DNA of 64,000 nucleotides from Bacteroidia bacterium (GCA_044373665.1 JBIPNH010000004.1:1196-65195); one strand, 5' to 3'; shown: positions 1 to 11,512, numbered from the stretch's first letter. Notes: a model not told the origin generated them from the letters alone. Made by a program: numbers and translations.

Positions 1-403
1 GTTCTCTTCTTAAATCGAGGTAGCGGTATTGCATTCTGATGTCATCACCACCATCGGTATTTTCTTCGATAGTAAAGGGAGGGGTTAACGACACATTTAA
101 CACTTGTAAGGAGTGAACCACAATTTCGACATCTCCAGTTGGAATTTTGTTGTTTTTATTGCTTCTTTCGGTTACAATACCTTCAATTTTTATAACGAAT
201 TCTCTCCCCAATTGACGGGCTTGTTGAATTAAATTTGCATTAACCTCTTCATTAAAACTTAACTGAGTAATACCATATCTATCTCTGAGGTCCACAAAAG
301 TTAAACCACCGAAATCTCTTCTTTTTGCCACCCAACCAGATAAGGTGACTGTTTTGTTTACATCAGTAATTCTGAGTTGTCCGCAATGATGGGTTCTGAA
401 CAT
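1..403 (-). CDS. aspS: aspartate--tRNA ligase, N-terminal fragment (gene runs off the left edge of the window)
   Basis: Not in ORF track. Own minus-strand translation from ATG (403-401): [53 protein letters not shown]..., colinear with the OB-fold N-terminus of bacterial AspRS (E. coli [31 protein letters not shown]..., from memory). Confidence 0.85.
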   Translation of the reverse strand, partial: MFRTHHCGQLRITDVNKTVTLSGWVAKRRDFGGLTFVDLRDRYGITQLSFNEEVNANLIQQARQLGREFVIKIEGIVTERSNKNNKIPTGDVEIVVHSLQVLNVSLTPPFTIEENTDGGDDIRMQYRYLDLRRE

Positions 404-483
404 GTTGCAAAAATACCTTAAAGGGATGGGATTTTAAAACCCATTTTTAGAAGAGGGAACAAAATAAAAGAAGAATCCCTCTT

Positions 484-1350
484 TTAGTTTCTACTGTCCA
501 TTCCCCAAAGCATTTTTTCTCTTAAAGTTTTGAGGAAGGTATCGCCTTCGAATCTGACTAAATTAAAGTAAAAATCGGCTTTTCGAACTGCAATTTGAGC
601 GGTTTTGGTAATGGTTACAGAGCGACTGTCCAGTGTGGCAAGAAACGTGTGGCTTCTTCCTTCAATTTCAAAACTAAGGACTTGGTCGTCGGGGATTACT
701 ATGGGGCGAACATTTAAATTGTGCGGGGCAATTGGCGTAACAACAAAACTAGAGGCTTTGGGGTAAACGATAGGACCACCGCAGCTTAATGAATATCCCG
801 AAGAACCGGTTGGAGTGGCAATAATTAAACCATCGGCCCAATAAGAATTGAGCGGTTCTCCATTTAAAAAAGCATGTACTGTTATCATGCTACTGCTTTC
901 TTTTTTATGAATCACAAAATCATTTAAAGCATAGTTAAAACCAAACATATCCATATTGGTTTCCAATTGAATAAGCGAACGTTTATCTAAGGTATAATTC
1001 CCTTTCACTAAATCCTTAAATGCTTTTTTGAAACTATCGGTAGAAACATTGGCCAAAAAACCCAATCGACCGGTATTGACCCCAATGACTGGAATCTGAG
1101 TATTTCCTACAATTTCAATGGTATCTAAAATAGTGCCGTCACCACCAATAGAAACGAGATAATCGATATTAAGACGGTCTTTTGTTAAAGTATTAAAAAC
1201 TTGACATTTAAATTGAGAACTGAATAATTCAGCCATATTTTGATGTAAAAGCACCTCAACACCTTCGGCATTCAAGAAATGAATCATTTCTTCTACTAGC
1301 TTTTTTTGATTCGCTTTATTTATTACTTTGGCGTATAATCCTATTCTCAT
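484..1350 (-). CDS. nadK: NAD+ kinase
   Basis: 288-aa ORF; GGDGT motif (SIGGDGTILD) and ATPTGSSGYSLSCGGPIV segment typical of NAD kinases. Confidence 0.9.
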   Translation of the reverse strand: MRIGLYAKVINKANQKKLVEEMIHFLNAEGVEVLLHQNMAELFSSQFKCQVFNTLTKDRLNIDYLVSIGGDGTILDTIEIVGNTQIPVIGVNTGRLGFLANVSTDSFKKAFKDLVKGNYTLDKRSLIQLETNMDMFGFNYALNDFVIHKKESSSMITVHAFLNGEPLNSYWADGLIIATPTGSSGYSLSCGGPIVYPKASSFVVTPIAPHNLNVRPIVIPDDQVLSFEIEGRSHTFLATLDSRSVTITKTAQIAVRKADFYFNLVRFEGDTFLKTLREKMLWGMDSRN

Positions 1351-1403
1351 GGCTTACTTAAACAAAAATACTATTTATTTTAGAATTGAAGCGGTTTTAT
1401 TAT

Positions 1404-1431
1404 AAAAAAAGTCAGCTAAAAAGCTGACTTT
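1404..1431 (-). terminator. rho-independent terminator downstream of ndk
   Basis: AGTCAGC-loop-GCTGACT stem (1410-1429) preceded on the plus strand by A7, i.e. followed by T7 on the minus strand, about 28 nt after the ndk stop. Confidence 0.6.
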
Positions 1432-1456
1432 AATGTATAAAAATATTTTGTTTAGA

Positions 1457-1876
1457 TTAAAAACGCTCGAAGCTTGAGAAAAAGAAATTTGACTCACCTG
1501 CTGCATTTTCGTTACTATCACTACCGTGTATAGCGTTAGCATCGATACTTTTTGCATATTTTCTTCTGATAGTTCCTTCCGCTGCATTTTCAGGATTGGT
1601 AGCACCAATTAATGTTCTGAAATCTTCAACTGCATTTTCTTTTTCAAGAATAGCTGCAACGATAGGACCGCTAATCATAAATGCAACTAAGTCGTTAAAG
1701 AAAGGTCTTTCTCTGTGAATTCCGTAAAAGTTTTCAGCTTGTTCTTTTGTAAGTTGAAGGTATTTCATTGCAACGATTTTGAAACCACCTGCAAGTATGT
1801 CGTTAATTACATTTCCTGTATGTCCGTTGTTCACAGCATCAGGCTTAATCATTGTAAAAGTTCTGTTAGTTGTCAT
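1457..1876 (-). CDS. ndk: nucleoside-diphosphate kinase
   Basis: 139 aa; [11 protein letters not shown]-terminus and NAIHGSDS active-site His motif. Confidence 0.95.
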   Translation of the reverse strand: MTTNRTFTMIKPDAVNNGHTGNVINDILAGGFKIVAMKYLQLTKEQAENFYGIHRERPFFNDLVAFMISGPIVAAILEKENAVEDFRTLIGATNPENAAEGTIRRKYAKSIDANAIHGSDSNENAAGESNFFFSSFERF

Positions 1877-2002
1877 TTGATAAATTGGCTATTTTTAAGG
1901 GCTGCAAAGGTAATAAGAATTTTTGATTTTTTCATTTTTCATTTTCGATTTTGGTAGCAAACTACCTATTTAAAAAAGCAAAACATTAGTAAAACTATTG
2001 AC

Positions 2003-2893
2003 CTAATCTTTTTGCTTGGTATAATACCTTTCCCATAGGTCTTGGATAATACCATCTTTCAATCCTTGGTATGGGGTTAAAATTTCCTTAACTGCTGTTT
2101 TATTAAAAATATCCAAATAGATTCTGCCGGCATAGTCTATCACCTCAGCTCTGTCGGGATTCAATTTTAAATGATACACGCGGTCGTTGTGACTCATTTT
2201 TTCGATATCTTCGTTCAATTGTTGTAGCTTATCTACTCTTAAATATTGACCTTGACCAATATTTGCCAAAACGCCGAATTTATGAATATTACCGCCTGTC
2301 CCCACTCCCTTAATATTGGGCAACCATGCAATATTTTCTTTCACCCAAGCATGAAGTTTTTGAACCTCCTCAGGCTTAATTTTATTTTCCTTTGCTCTAA
2401 CTGTTCCTATATTAAAACTTTTGGAAACCAATGGTTTGTTGTTTTGAATGAGCGTTAATTCTGTACTTCCTCCACCTACATCAACGTGTAAAAAAGTTTC
2501 TTTGGGATCCAACAAATGCAAAAAAGCATTCATGATTAACTTACTTTCTGCCGAACCTGTAATAACATCAATGTCTATATTGGTTTCTTTTTTTATCAGT
2601 TTAAGAATTTTATCTGAATTTTTGGCATCACGCATTGCGCTAGTTGCACAAGCCCTGTAAAAGTCCACATTGTAAATATCAATGAGCAAACTAAATGCTT
2701 TAATGGCTTTGACTAATAAATCAGTTTTCTTTTTACTAATTTCTTTGGTACCAAACACATCATCGCCTAGGCGAATAGGCAACCTGGTAAACTCTACTTT
2801 TTTCCATTCGGGCTTTAATACATCCAATTGTAAAGGACGAGCAATTAACAGTCTTATTCCGTTTGACCCAATATCTATAGCTCCGAATTTCAA
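2003..2893 (-). CDS. Ppx/GppA-family phosphatase (short form, ASKHA domains only)
   Basis: 296 aa; AIDIGSNGIRLLI and DVGGGSTELT phosphate-binding motifs of the Ppx/GppA actin-like fold. Confidence 0.8.
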   Translation of the reverse strand: MKFGAIDIGSNGIRLLIARPLQLDVLKPEWKKVEFTRLPIRLGDDVFGTKEISKKKTDLLVKAIKAFSLLIDIYNVDFYRACATSAMRDAKNSDKILKLIKKETNIDIDVITGSAESKLIMNAFLHLLDPKETFLHVDVGGGSTELTLIQNNKPLVSKSFNIGTVRAKENKIKPEEVQKLHAWVKENIAWLPNIKGVGTGGNIHKFGVLANIGQGQYLRVDKLQQLNEDIEKMSHNDRVYHLKLNPDRAEVIDYAGRIYLDIFNKTAVKEILTPYQGLKDGIIQDLWERYYTKQKD

Positions 2894-2964
2894 TTTAGTT
2901 GTGTTTTATTATACGTGAGCAAACATAACAATATTATTACAAAACTTTATTGATTAAATAAAAA

Positions 2965-3415
<451 letters not shown>

Positions 3416-3434
3416 TTAGTGTAAATTTGTAGTG

Positions 3435-4652
3435 ATGTTTAACAAAGTCTATACAATTTATGTTATTTTTTCAATAACGTTTTTTTATCCTCTGATTACC
3501 AACGCTCAATGGAATAAAATATACACCAATAACATTCAAGATTTATACGATGTTCAATTGATAGATGGTTATGCCTTTGCTGTGGGACAAACCAATACCA
3601 TTTTAAAATCTACAGATGCCGGCAAATCATGGAAAAATCAGTTTATTTCTATCCCTACTCACTTAAGGGCTTTATATTTTATAGATACTTTAACTGGTTT
3701 TGTTACAGGCGAAAATGCAAGGCTGTTTAAAACCTCGAATGGCGGTAAAACTTGGACATCCAAATTTGTAAGAACTGCAGCTTATGCCTACGGATTGCAT
3801 TTCAACAATAACAACGGTTTGTTAGTAGGGGCCAATTTATTGATTGCAAGCACTACCGATATGGGAGAGTCTTGGACAGTGGACACGACTTACAATGCCA
3901 ATATCACTTTAAAAGGTGTGGGAATAACACCCAATGGCACTTGCTATGCGGTTGGCGAAAAAGGCACATTGCTCAAAAAACACATTTCACAAAAAAAATG
4001 GGAAAAAATTAACCTCAATGAAACCATCCATTTAAATGAGGTAAGATGTATTAGTGATGCCGATATTATTATAGTGGGAGGCATGCCCGATACCAGTCAA
4101 GTTGGTAAACATTTCAATAGACTCCTCTACAGCAATGATTCTGGCAAAACATGGCAAAAAATTAATATTTCTGAAATGAAATCTATTTACAGTGCTTGGT
4201 TTAAAAACAAAGACACAGGCTTTTTAGGCGGTTCAAATGGAATCATTTCAAAATCATATAACATACAAAATAACAGAGGTCAACAGCTTACTGGAATAGC
4301 ATCTGATATCAATGGCTTAAGTTTTTATAACAAAATTGGATTAGCGGTGAGTTACGGCGGCACTATATTGAGAACAGAAAACAATGGAGGCTTTGGTTTA
4401 TCATTAAAAAATAATTCTATTAAACCTTTCCTTATATACCCTCAACCAAGTTCAGGAAACATAAAACTTGAAAGTTCATTTAAAATAACAAAAATAAGTA
4501 GCATCAGTATTGACGGCAAAACAAATGAGTACCAAATCGATGATAATAAATCTGTAGAAATAAGCAATTTAAATAGTGGAATTTACACCCTTAAAATTGA
4601 ACTTTCCAATGGTGATATTTATTGCGAGAAAATAAGTGTTATTGCCCCTTAG
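3435..4652 (+). CDS. secreted BNR/Asp-box repeat (Ycf48/sialidase-like beta-propeller) protein with T9SS type-A C-terminal sorting domain
   Basis: Signal peptide; four SxDxGxTW-type motifs (STDAGKSWK, TSNGGKTWT, TTDMGESWT, SNDSGKTWQ); C-terminal LIYPQPSSGNIKLE...ISVIAP sorting-domain pattern. The track starts at GTG 3432; ATG 3435 preferred. Confidence 0.75.
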   Translation: MFNKVYTIYVIFSITFFYPLITNAQWNKIYTNNIQDLYDVQLIDGYAFAVGQTNTILKSTDAGKSWKNQFISIPTHLRALYFIDTLTGFVTGENARLFKTSNGGKTWTSKFVRTAAYAYGLHFNNNNGLLVGANLLIASTTDMGESWTVDTTYNANITLKGVGITPNGTCYAVGEKGTLLKKHISQKKWEKINLNETIHLNEVRCISDADIIIVGGMPDTSQVGKHFNRLLYSNDSGKTWQKINISEMKSIYSAWFKNKDTGFLGGSNGIISKSYNIQNNRGQQLTGIASDINGLSFYNKIGLAVSYGGTILRTENNGGFGLSLKNNSIKPFLIYPQPSSGNIKLESSFKITKISSISIDGKTNEYQIDDNKSVEISNLNSGIYTLKIELSNGDIYCEKISVIAP

Positions 4653-5407
4653 TTTCCTTTTAATACAGTGGAGTATTTAAAATATTTTGCTTGAGGATAA
4701 TAGGCAAAAAGACAAGCGCCCTCTTTAATGGTTTGGATAAGTGGCAAAACGATATTCTCGTGAACAGCGGGGCAACCCAAACTTCTTCCTAAGCGTTGAT
4801 TTTCTTTAATAAAACGCTCACTTACATAATTTGCACCATGTATTACTATGCCTCTTTCAAGTGCCAAATGATTGATTGATTTTTCTAACCCTATTAACTT
4901 AAGCGACCAATTGTGAGTTCCTTGATAAAGCTCGCCTGTTAAATAAAAACCAATACTTGATTGAAAAGATTCTTTGGTATTAGAGAATTTTTTGGCATAC
5001 AATTCCCCTGAGTTTTTTCCATGGGCTACCCATTCATTAAAAACCACTTTTTGGGTCATTAAGTCTATCACCCAAAGTCGTTTATCATTCGCCGACAATG
5101 AGTAATCTATAATACTTAAAAAGCGGTCGTTTTTAATGAACCCTTTTTGAGCCAACTTAAAATACCCTTTCAAAGCCAAATCAAAAACTTTGCGTTTCAA
5201 CAAAGTCGATGAATCAAAACAAACGTTGTATAAACTGTCAGAGTATTTTTTAAATTGTTCAGATTGGGAATTAAAATGATGATAGGGAGCGCAAAATAAG
5301 ATTGAATCACTGTTTAAATGGTGTTTAAACACTGTTTTATTATTGTCACTTGTTAATGCACTAAGCACAACAAAACAGCAAAAAAACCAAAAAAACTTAA
5401 ACCTCAT
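4649..5407 (-). CDS. L,D-transpeptidase catalytic-domain family protein (YkuD_2-like)
   Basis: 252 aa, signal peptide, C-terminal IHGANYV...GRSLGCPAV (His/Cys catalytic pattern). Confidence 0.7.
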   Translation of the reverse strand: MRFKFFWFFCCFVVLSALTSDNNKTVFKHHLNSDSILFCAPYHHFNSQSEQFKKYSDSLYNVCFDSSTLLKRKVFDLALKGYFKLAQKGFIKNDRFLSIIDYSLSANDKRLWVIDLMTQKVVFNEWVAHGKNSGELYAKKFSNTKESFQSSIGFYLTGELYQGTHNWSLKLIGLEKSINHLALERGIVIHGANYVSERFIKENQRLGRSLGCPAVHENIVLPLIQTIKEGACLFAYYPQAKYFKYSTVLKGN

Positions 5408-5461
5408 TTTACTTACTAATTTTACAAAGTTATAAAATAAATACCATTTTTACAAATAAAC

Positions 5462-6193
5462 CTATCTTGTAAGCACCACATATTCTGAAATAACCTTACT
5501 AATAAACACTTTCTTATTTTTTGGAACCTCTGTCAATTCTAAAAGCTCCCTAAGCCTTTCTACAGCCAAATCCAGAGCTATATGGTGTTCATTATTGTTG
5601 TATACATCCAATCGATACAAGAGAGATTTTAGAACAATAACATCATTGTCCGACAAGCGATAAGCAAGCGGGAATTGAAATTCATAAGTTTCTTTTCTTT
5701 TTTGGTTTAATTTCAAAATTTCAGAAAGAGAAAAATTGTAATCTCCTTTGATTTTGATAACAGTAGTACCTGCCAAAATATCTCCTATTCGTTGGGCTTT
5801 ATTATTGCTACCAATCAACAACACGGCAATAGCACCAACAGAAAAATAGATGTCCATTAAGCGCATTGACCAACGGCTGAAATAATCGTAAAAGGTGAGT
5901 TTATCTCCATTAATTTTTACAATTTTTAACCCTACCGCCTTTTTACCAATACTTTGACCTTGACCAATCATTTCGGAGGCAAGTGTAAAAAAACCTAACC
6001 AAACAAAAGCAAAAAGATTCATTAACAAGTCCGAGTCAATTTCGAAGACATTATTAATAATCAGCATTAAAATAATAAATCCTAATGCCATAACGATGAA
6101 GTCAATAAAAAAAGCAAGAATTCTTAAGAAAACTGAGGCGAGTTGATACTCAATTTTTACATTCTGACTGGTATTAATTTCGAACCTTTGCAA
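5462..6193 (-). CDS. RDD-family membrane protein
   Basis: 243 aa; RILAFFIDFIV motif, three hydrophobic helices, then a soluble C-terminal half. Confidence 0.6.
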   Translation of the reverse strand: MQRFEINTSQNVKIEYQLASVFLRILAFFIDFIVMALGFIILMLIINNVFEIDSDLLMNLFAFVWLGFFTLASEMIGQGQSIGKKAVGLKIVKINGDKLTFYDYFSRWSMRLMDIYFSVGAIAVLLIGSNNKAQRIGDILAGTTVIKIKGDYNFSLSEILKLNQKRKETYEFQFPLAYRLSDNDVIVLKSLLYRLDVYNNNEHHIALDLAVERLRELLELTEVPKNKKVFISKVISEYVVLTR

Positions 6194-6196
6194 GGA

Positions 6197-7018
6197 CTAG
6201 TATTGTTCGTTTGAATTTGGAAAATCTTTTGCTTTTACATCCGAGATATAATGTTCAACACCACTTTTTATTTGGTCGTATAAATTGAGATAACGGCGCA
6301 TAAATCTAGGAGTAAAATCTTTGTTTATTCCCAACATATCGTGCAGCACCAAAACTTGTCCATCTACATTAGCACCTGCACCTATTCCTATTACAGGAAT
6401 TTTCAACATCTTTGTGACTTGTTGAGCCAATTCAGCAGGAATTTTCTCCAAAACGATAGCAAAGCAACCTGCATCTTGAAGCAATTGTGCATCGCGAATG
6501 AGCTTATCGGCCTCTTCTTTTTCAACCGCCCTAACAGAATAAGTTCCAAACTTATAAATACTTTGAGGCGTTAACCCCAAGTGACCCATTACTGGAACAC
6601 CTGCGCTTATAATCCTTTTAACCGACTCTATAACCTCTTCACCACCTTCTAGTTTAATAGCATGAGCACCACTTTCTTTCATAATACGAATACTACTTAA
6701 AAGGGCTTCTTTACTGTTTCCTTGGTAGGAACCGAAAGGCAAATCCACTACAACCAAAGCGCGTTTTACTGCACGAATTACAGAGGATGCGTGGTATATC
6801 ATTTGGTCGAGCGTAATAGGCAATGTTGTTTCGTGACCAGCCATTACGTTACTAGCACTGTCACCAACCAATATGACATCAATATTGGCATCGTCCACTA
6901 TTTTTGCCAAAGAGTAGTCATAAGCCGTTAACATACTTATTTTTTCACCCCTTTGTTTTAATTCTTCCAAAGTGTGTACCGTAACCCTTTTTATTGGTTT
7001 GGATGGTGTAAAAGACAT
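6197..7018 (-). CDS. panB: 3-methyl-2-oxobutanoate hydroxymethyltransferase
   Basis: 273 aa; [22 protein letters not shown] motifs. Confidence 0.93.
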   Translation of the reverse strand: MSFTPSKPIKRVTVHTLEELKQRGEKISMLTAYDYSLAKIVDDANIDVILVGDSASNVMAGHETTLPITLDQMIYHASSVIRAVKRALVVVDLPFGSYQGNSKEALLSSIRIMKESGAHAIKLEGGEEVIESVKRIISAGVPVMGHLGLTPQSIYKFGTYSVRAVEKEEADKLIRDAQLLQDAGCFAIVLEKIPAELAQQVTKMLKIPVIGIGAGANVDGQVLVLHDMLGINKDFTPRFMRRYLNLYDQIKSGVEHYISDVKAKDFPNSNEQY

Positions 7019-7030
7019 ATTATTAATTTT

Positions 7031-7912
7031 CTATTTTATAGTTTTTAAAAGTTTTTCTCTAACAGAATCACTGACATCGCTGAGTGGCATTCTTACATCA
7101 ATGCCACATATATTTAAGGCTTCTAAAATCACTTTTATCCCTCCTGGACTTCCATCGGCAAAAATTATATTCATAGCATCTAAAAGTTCATAATGAAGCG
7201 GTAATGCAGCTTGTGTATTACCTGCAAGAGATAGCTTAACCATTTCACTGAATTTTTTTGGAAACGCATTGGCAATAACACTAATTACCCCGTCCATTCC
7301 CATGGCTATAAATGGTAAAGTAAAGGCATCATCACCACTAATTACAGAAAAATCGGCTGGTTTATGTTGGATAATTTCCATGCACTGAGAAAAATTTCCA
7401 CTCGCTTCTTTGGTTCCTAAAATATTGGAATGTTCTGCTAATTTTAAAGTAGTTTCTGTAGAAATATTACTTCCCGTTCTACCGGGCACGTTGTACAAAA
7501 TAACAGGCAATGGCGATAAATCGGCAATGTGCTTGTAATGGTTGTAGATACCATTTTGATTGGGTTTATTGTAGTAAGGACTTACACTTAATACCGCAGA
7601 AATTCCCTCAAAATTTTGTTTTTTAAACGACTCCGAAAGAGCTACGGTATCGTTACCACCTAATCCCAAAACCAAAGGTAATCGGCCATTGTTTACTTGT
7701 TTAACATGGTCAACTATTGCTTGTTTTTCATTTGAGTTAATGGTTGGACTTTCGCCTGTAGTGCCCAAAATAACTAAATAATTAGTACCATTATCAATTT
7801 GATAATTTACCAATTTAGTTAATCCCTCAAAATCAATTTCTTTATTTTTTAAAAAAGGCGTTACTAATGCGACCCCTGTTCCTTTAAGTTGTTGTGATAT
7901 AAGATGTGACAT
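7031..7912 (-). CDS. dapA: 4-hydroxy-tetrahydrodipicolinate synthase
   Basis: 293 aa; GVALVTPF, GTTGESPT, YNVPGRTG motifs. Confidence 0.93.
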   Translation of the reverse strand: MSHLISQQLKGTGVALVTPFLKNKEIDFEGLTKLVNYQIDNGTNYLVILGTTGESPTINSNEKQAIVDHVKQVNNGRLPLVLGLGGNDTVALSESFKKQNFEGISAVLSVSPYYNKPNQNGIYNHYKHIADLSPLPVILYNVPGRTGSNISTETTLKLAEHSNILGTKEASGNFSQCMEIIQHKPADFSVISGDDAFTLPFIAMGMDGVISVIANAFPKKFSEMVKLSLAGNTQAALPLHYELLDAMNIIFADGSPGGIKVILEALNICGIDVRMPLSDVSDSVREKLLKTIK

Positions 7913-7918
7913 GTTTTT

Positions 7919-8437
7919 TTAAATAATTTTATTGAGGCAATTCCCTATTTCTATCAAATAATTTTCGCATAAATCTGCCCCATTCGGCTTTATGGAAATT
8001 TCATACAAATTGGTATTGTCGTTGCTTGTGTATGGTCCAATTCTGAACGAGGCTGACGAATATACTGCTATGGTATCTAAGTGCTGATTAGGTGTTAAAC
8101 AGGCATTAATTAATAAATCGTACTTGACATTTAAAACCTCTTTCAGTGCCTTGGTTTTGGGAGCACCAAATAGATTGAAATCTCCTTTACAGATTAATTG
8201 ATACATGTCATTTGAAAGCATATCAGGCTTTAGTTTTGAAAGGGGATAAAACACCAAAAAAGTAACTTCTTTGTTTGCCTTAGTCAATTCATGTCCAAAT
8301 GTTTTCAACTCATCGGTATCCGTTTTTGACTGATTGGAATCCCACATAATCAATATTTTTTTCACTTTATCAAAAGGCATGACTTGTCTTTTGATAAGTT
8401 GATTTTTTGATTTTTTTATGAGTGCATTAAGTTTCAA
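7919..8437 (-). CDS. hypothetical protein (172 aa)
   Basis: Clean ORF, 6 nt downstream of dapA on the same strand. No motif recognised. Confidence 0.5.
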   Translation of the reverse strand: MKLNALIKKSKNQLIKRQVMPFDKVKKILIMWDSNQSKTDTDELKTFGHELTKANKEVTFLVFYPLSKLKPDMLSNDMYQLICKGDFNLFGAPKTKALKEVLNVKYDLLINACLTPNQHLDTIAVYSSASFRIGPYTSNDNTNLYEISIKPNGADLCENYLIEIGNCLNKII

Positions 8438-8524
8438 ATCTTTATAAGCAATTGATGTTTCAAATGTAATAAAAAAATATTAATCAAAGACTTACTCTTT
8501 GTTTCGATAATAAGACTGTAACAA

Positions 8525-9874
8525 TTAGGCTAGTTTTATCAATCCCACTTCAGGTCTAATACCTATTCTACCTGGATATCCAAGGTAGCCAAACCCTCTG
8601 TTTACATACAGAAATTGCTCTCCAGTTTGGTATAATCCTGCCCATTGTTTGTACATGTATTTAACAGGACTCCATTGAAAATTAGCGGTTTCTAATCCAA
8701 ATTGCGCACCGTGAGTATGTCCTGAAAAGGTCAACTGAATATCTTTAAACTTTTCTATTACTTGCGCATCCCAATGGCTTGGGTCGTGCGATAACAATAA
8801 TTTCACTGGCACTTCCTCAGTTCCTTTGTAGGCCTCTGATAAATTACCATATTTGGGAAAACGACCTTTAACTCCATAGTTTTCTACGCCAATAACTGCC
8901 AATTTCTCTCCTTTTATTTCCAATATTTCGTTCTCATTTAAGAGTAATCGCCAACCCAACTTTTGATGAACTTTTTTCAAACGCTCTAAATTATCGATTT
9001 GCAATGGCGACATGTGAGATTTGTCAATTAATTTACCTGCCATTGCTTTTTCATTATTTCTATCGGGCCATTGGTGATAGTCGCCATAATCGTGGTTACC
9101 TAAAATGCTGTAAACACCAAGTGGTGCTGAAATTTGCTTGAACAATTCTAGGTAATCATCCGACATTTCTTCAGTTAAACTGTTGACCAAATCGCCTGTA
9201 AAAAAAATAACATCCGCTTTTTGACTAATCAACAGTTCAATTCCTTTTTTAACAGCACTTTTATCCCAAAAACTCCCCACGTGAATATCGCTAATGTGTC
9301 CAATTTTTAATCCTTTCAGCCCATCCGGCAATCCTGGCAATGAAACACTAACTTGGTGCAATTTATAATCATGTGCTCCTTTTATAATACCATAAGATAA
9401 GCTACTAAAGGTTAATGCGCCTATGCCTGCACTTATTTGAGAAATAAATTTTTTACGGGTGACTAAAAACTTAGCTTTTACAACTTCCCCTTCACTTACC
9501 TCTTCTAATTGCTCTTTTTTTGTTTTAAAAAAGCTCACTATTTTATGTCCCAAGCGATACAAATCCTCGATTAACAAAGGAAAAATCATTAAAATTTTGG
9601 CCATAAACATACCAAAAAACAAGCCTGTAGTTACTACAAAAAAAGTGCGGCTTAGATGCACAAAAAAACCGCCCATGGCTAACAGACCAAGTATGTAAAA
9701 ACTTATACTTACAATCCAAAATATACTTCGAATCCACTTTCTTAAACCACTACTTAAAGATTCGGTTAAAACCTTGATGGCTTGATAAGCGTATAAATCA
9801 AAGATGATTATGAAAACGATTGAAAAAAATATTCTTAGGCCCATTGGTATTAAACTTATTACAGATTTAAACAT
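8525..9874 (-). CDS. membrane-anchored metallophosphoesterase
   Basis: 449 aa; about four N-terminal TM helices, then HISDIHVG, FTGDLV, GNHD, SGHTHG calcineurin-like motifs. Confidence 0.85.
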   Translation of the reverse strand: MFKSVISLIPMGLRIFFSIVFIIIFDLYAYQAIKVLTESLSSGLRKWIRSIFWIVSISFYILGLLAMGGFFVHLSRTFFVVTTGLFFGMFMAKILMIFPLLIEDLYRLGHKIVSFFKTKKEQLEEVSEGEVVKAKFLVTRKKFISQISAGIGALTFSSLSYGIIKGAHDYKLHQVSVSLPGLPDGLKGLKIGHISDIHVGSFWDKSAVKKGIELLISQKADVIFFTGDLVNSLTEEMSDDYLELFKQISAPLGVYSILGNHDYGDYHQWPDRNNEKAMAGKLIDKSHMSPLQIDNLERLKKVHQKLGWRLLLNENEILEIKGEKLAVIGVENYGVKGRFPKYGNLSEAYKGTEEVPVKLLLSHDPSHWDAQVIEKFKDIQLTFSGHTHGAQFGLETANFQWSPVKYMYKQWAGLYQTGEQFLYVNRGFGYLGYPGRIGIRPEVGLIKLA

Positions 9875-9877
9875 GAA

Positions 9878-11512
9878 TTAATAATCAAATCTACGAGTAT
9901 TTTTAGGCTTAATATTCAACAAAGTGTTATATTTCTTTAAAACCTCTAAAGTTTTCGAGTAAACACCTTCTTGTTTGTTTGCCAATATATTTCTGCCTGT
10001 CTCTCCAAAAATTCTGAAGGTAATTTCTAGAAGTATAGCCTCTTTTATAATTTGTTCGTTTTTGATACCCGTTTGATAATTAATGAAATGTTTGTTTTTC
10101 TTTACTTGTTTCAACACTTGATTGATGTATTTGTTTGGTAATTGGTATTTATTAAAAAACGCTTGGGGCGAATTGTATTGTTTTTTAATTTTATTGAGCT
10201 CTGATTGCATGTGATCTAACACAAACACTTTAAGCACTTTTGTGTATTCTAAATTCTGTACAAATCCATTTGTATAAATACTATCACCTTGGGTTGATGT
10301 GTAAACCAAATCGGGCCTAAGTCCTCCACCTGGAGTAAGCAATCGACCATTTTTAGAGAAAAACTCCTTAAGAGAGCTTGAATCCAAAATAGGATTTAGC
10401 GTATCTGCCAAAATATCTCTATTAAAAATTTGCAATCGGTATAACTCGGGCGATTGGTCGTAGTCTCTTTGAATACTTCTTCCGCTTGGGGTGTAATAGC
10501 GCGCTGTTGTTAGGCGAATAAGAGAACCATCTGACAATCTGAAAGGCTCCTGCACCAATCCTTTACCAAAAGAACGACTGCCAATCAGAACTGCTCTGTC
10601 ATTGTCTTGTAACGCCCCTGCCAGAATTTCACTTGCCGAAGCTGTATTTTGATTGATTAATAAAATTAATTTTCCTGAAATAAACCCTCCTTTTCCATTG
10701 GCAAAATATTCTTTTTTCAACCTTTTATGTCCTTCTGTAAAAGTAATTAAAGCGTCTTTATCTAAAAACTCATTAGCAATAGCTACCGATTCTGATAGCA
10801 ACCCTCCCCCATTGTCCCTTAAGTCCAAGAGCAACTCTTTCATACCCTTTGCTTTTAATTCATTGAGTGCCACCATAAACTCTTGGTGGGTTTGACTGCT
10901 AAATCTTTCAATTTTAATATATCCCAATGTTTCGTTCATCATGTAATATGATTTTGAACTGTTCATACTAATTGGGGCTTTTTTTACATTGATATTATAC
11001 AGCTGCTTGTTGGACTTTCGGTATACAAAAAGCATCATTTCTTTGTTTTGCAACAAAGATCTCATACTGTCATCATTTTGCTCCTTAACAACATCTTTGT
11101 TGTTGATTTTAAGCAATCTATCTCCAGGCAATATACCGCTTTTATTCGCTGGACTATTCTGCAAAACGTCATAAACAAACAATGTATCATTTGTTCTAAA
11201 ATACTCAATTCCCAATCCATCATATTCACCCTTAATTTGACGAGACGAAATTTCACTTAACTGACTGGGAATGTAGGTACTGTGTGGGTCGAGTTGAGAG
11301 AGCAAAAACTTAATAGAAGCTTCTCTGATATACTCCCCATTCGAACTGTCGACATAATCCGATTCTACAATGTCTATTATTTGGGTAAACTTATCTTTTT
11401 CTACCTTTTTTATTTGAGCACCCCAAAGCACACCAACGGCTAAACATACAAAGATGAGAAGCGGTTGTAATGATTGGTGATTAGAATTTTGAATTTGGGT
11501 AGGCTCAGACAT
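9878..11512 (-). CDS. S41-family C-terminal processing peptidase with PDZ domain
   Basis: 544 aa; PDZ-like segment (SPANKSGILPGDRLLKIN), LDLRDNGGG and ASASEILAGALQD catalytic-region motifs. Confidence 0.85.
   Translation of the reverse strand: MSEPTQIQNSNHQSLQPLLIFVCLAVGVLWGAQIKKVEKDKFTQIIDIVESDYVDSSNGEYIREASIKFLLSQLDPHSTYIPSQLSEISSRQIKGEYDGLGIEYFRTNDTLFVYDVLQNSPANKSGILPGDRLLKINNKDVVKEQNDDSMRSLLQNKEMMLFVYRKSNKQLYNINVKKAPISMNSSKSYYMMNETLGYIKIERFSSQTHQEFMVALNELKAKGMKELLLDLRDNGGGLLSESVAIANEFLDKDALITFTEGHKRLKKEYFANGKGGFISGKLILLINQNTASASEILAGALQDNDRAVLIGSRSFGKGLVQEPFRLSDGSLIRLTTARYYTPSGRSIQRDYDQSPELYRLQIFNRDILADTLNPILDSSSLKEFFSKNGRLLTPGGGLRPDLVYTSTQGDSIYTNGFVQNLEYTKVLKVFVLDHMQSELNKIKKQYNSPQAFFNKYQLPNKYINQVLKQVKKNKHFINYQTGIKNEQIIKEAILLEITFRIFGETGRNILANKQEGVYSKTLEVLKKYNTLLNIKPKNTRRFDY

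Noticed and set aside
403-483. Hairpins (AGAGGGA-N17-TCCCTCT; ATGGG-N9-CCCAT) between aspS and nadK as a terminator
   Set aside because: On the transcribed (minus) strand neither stem is followed by a U-run. They may be structural but cannot be called terminators.
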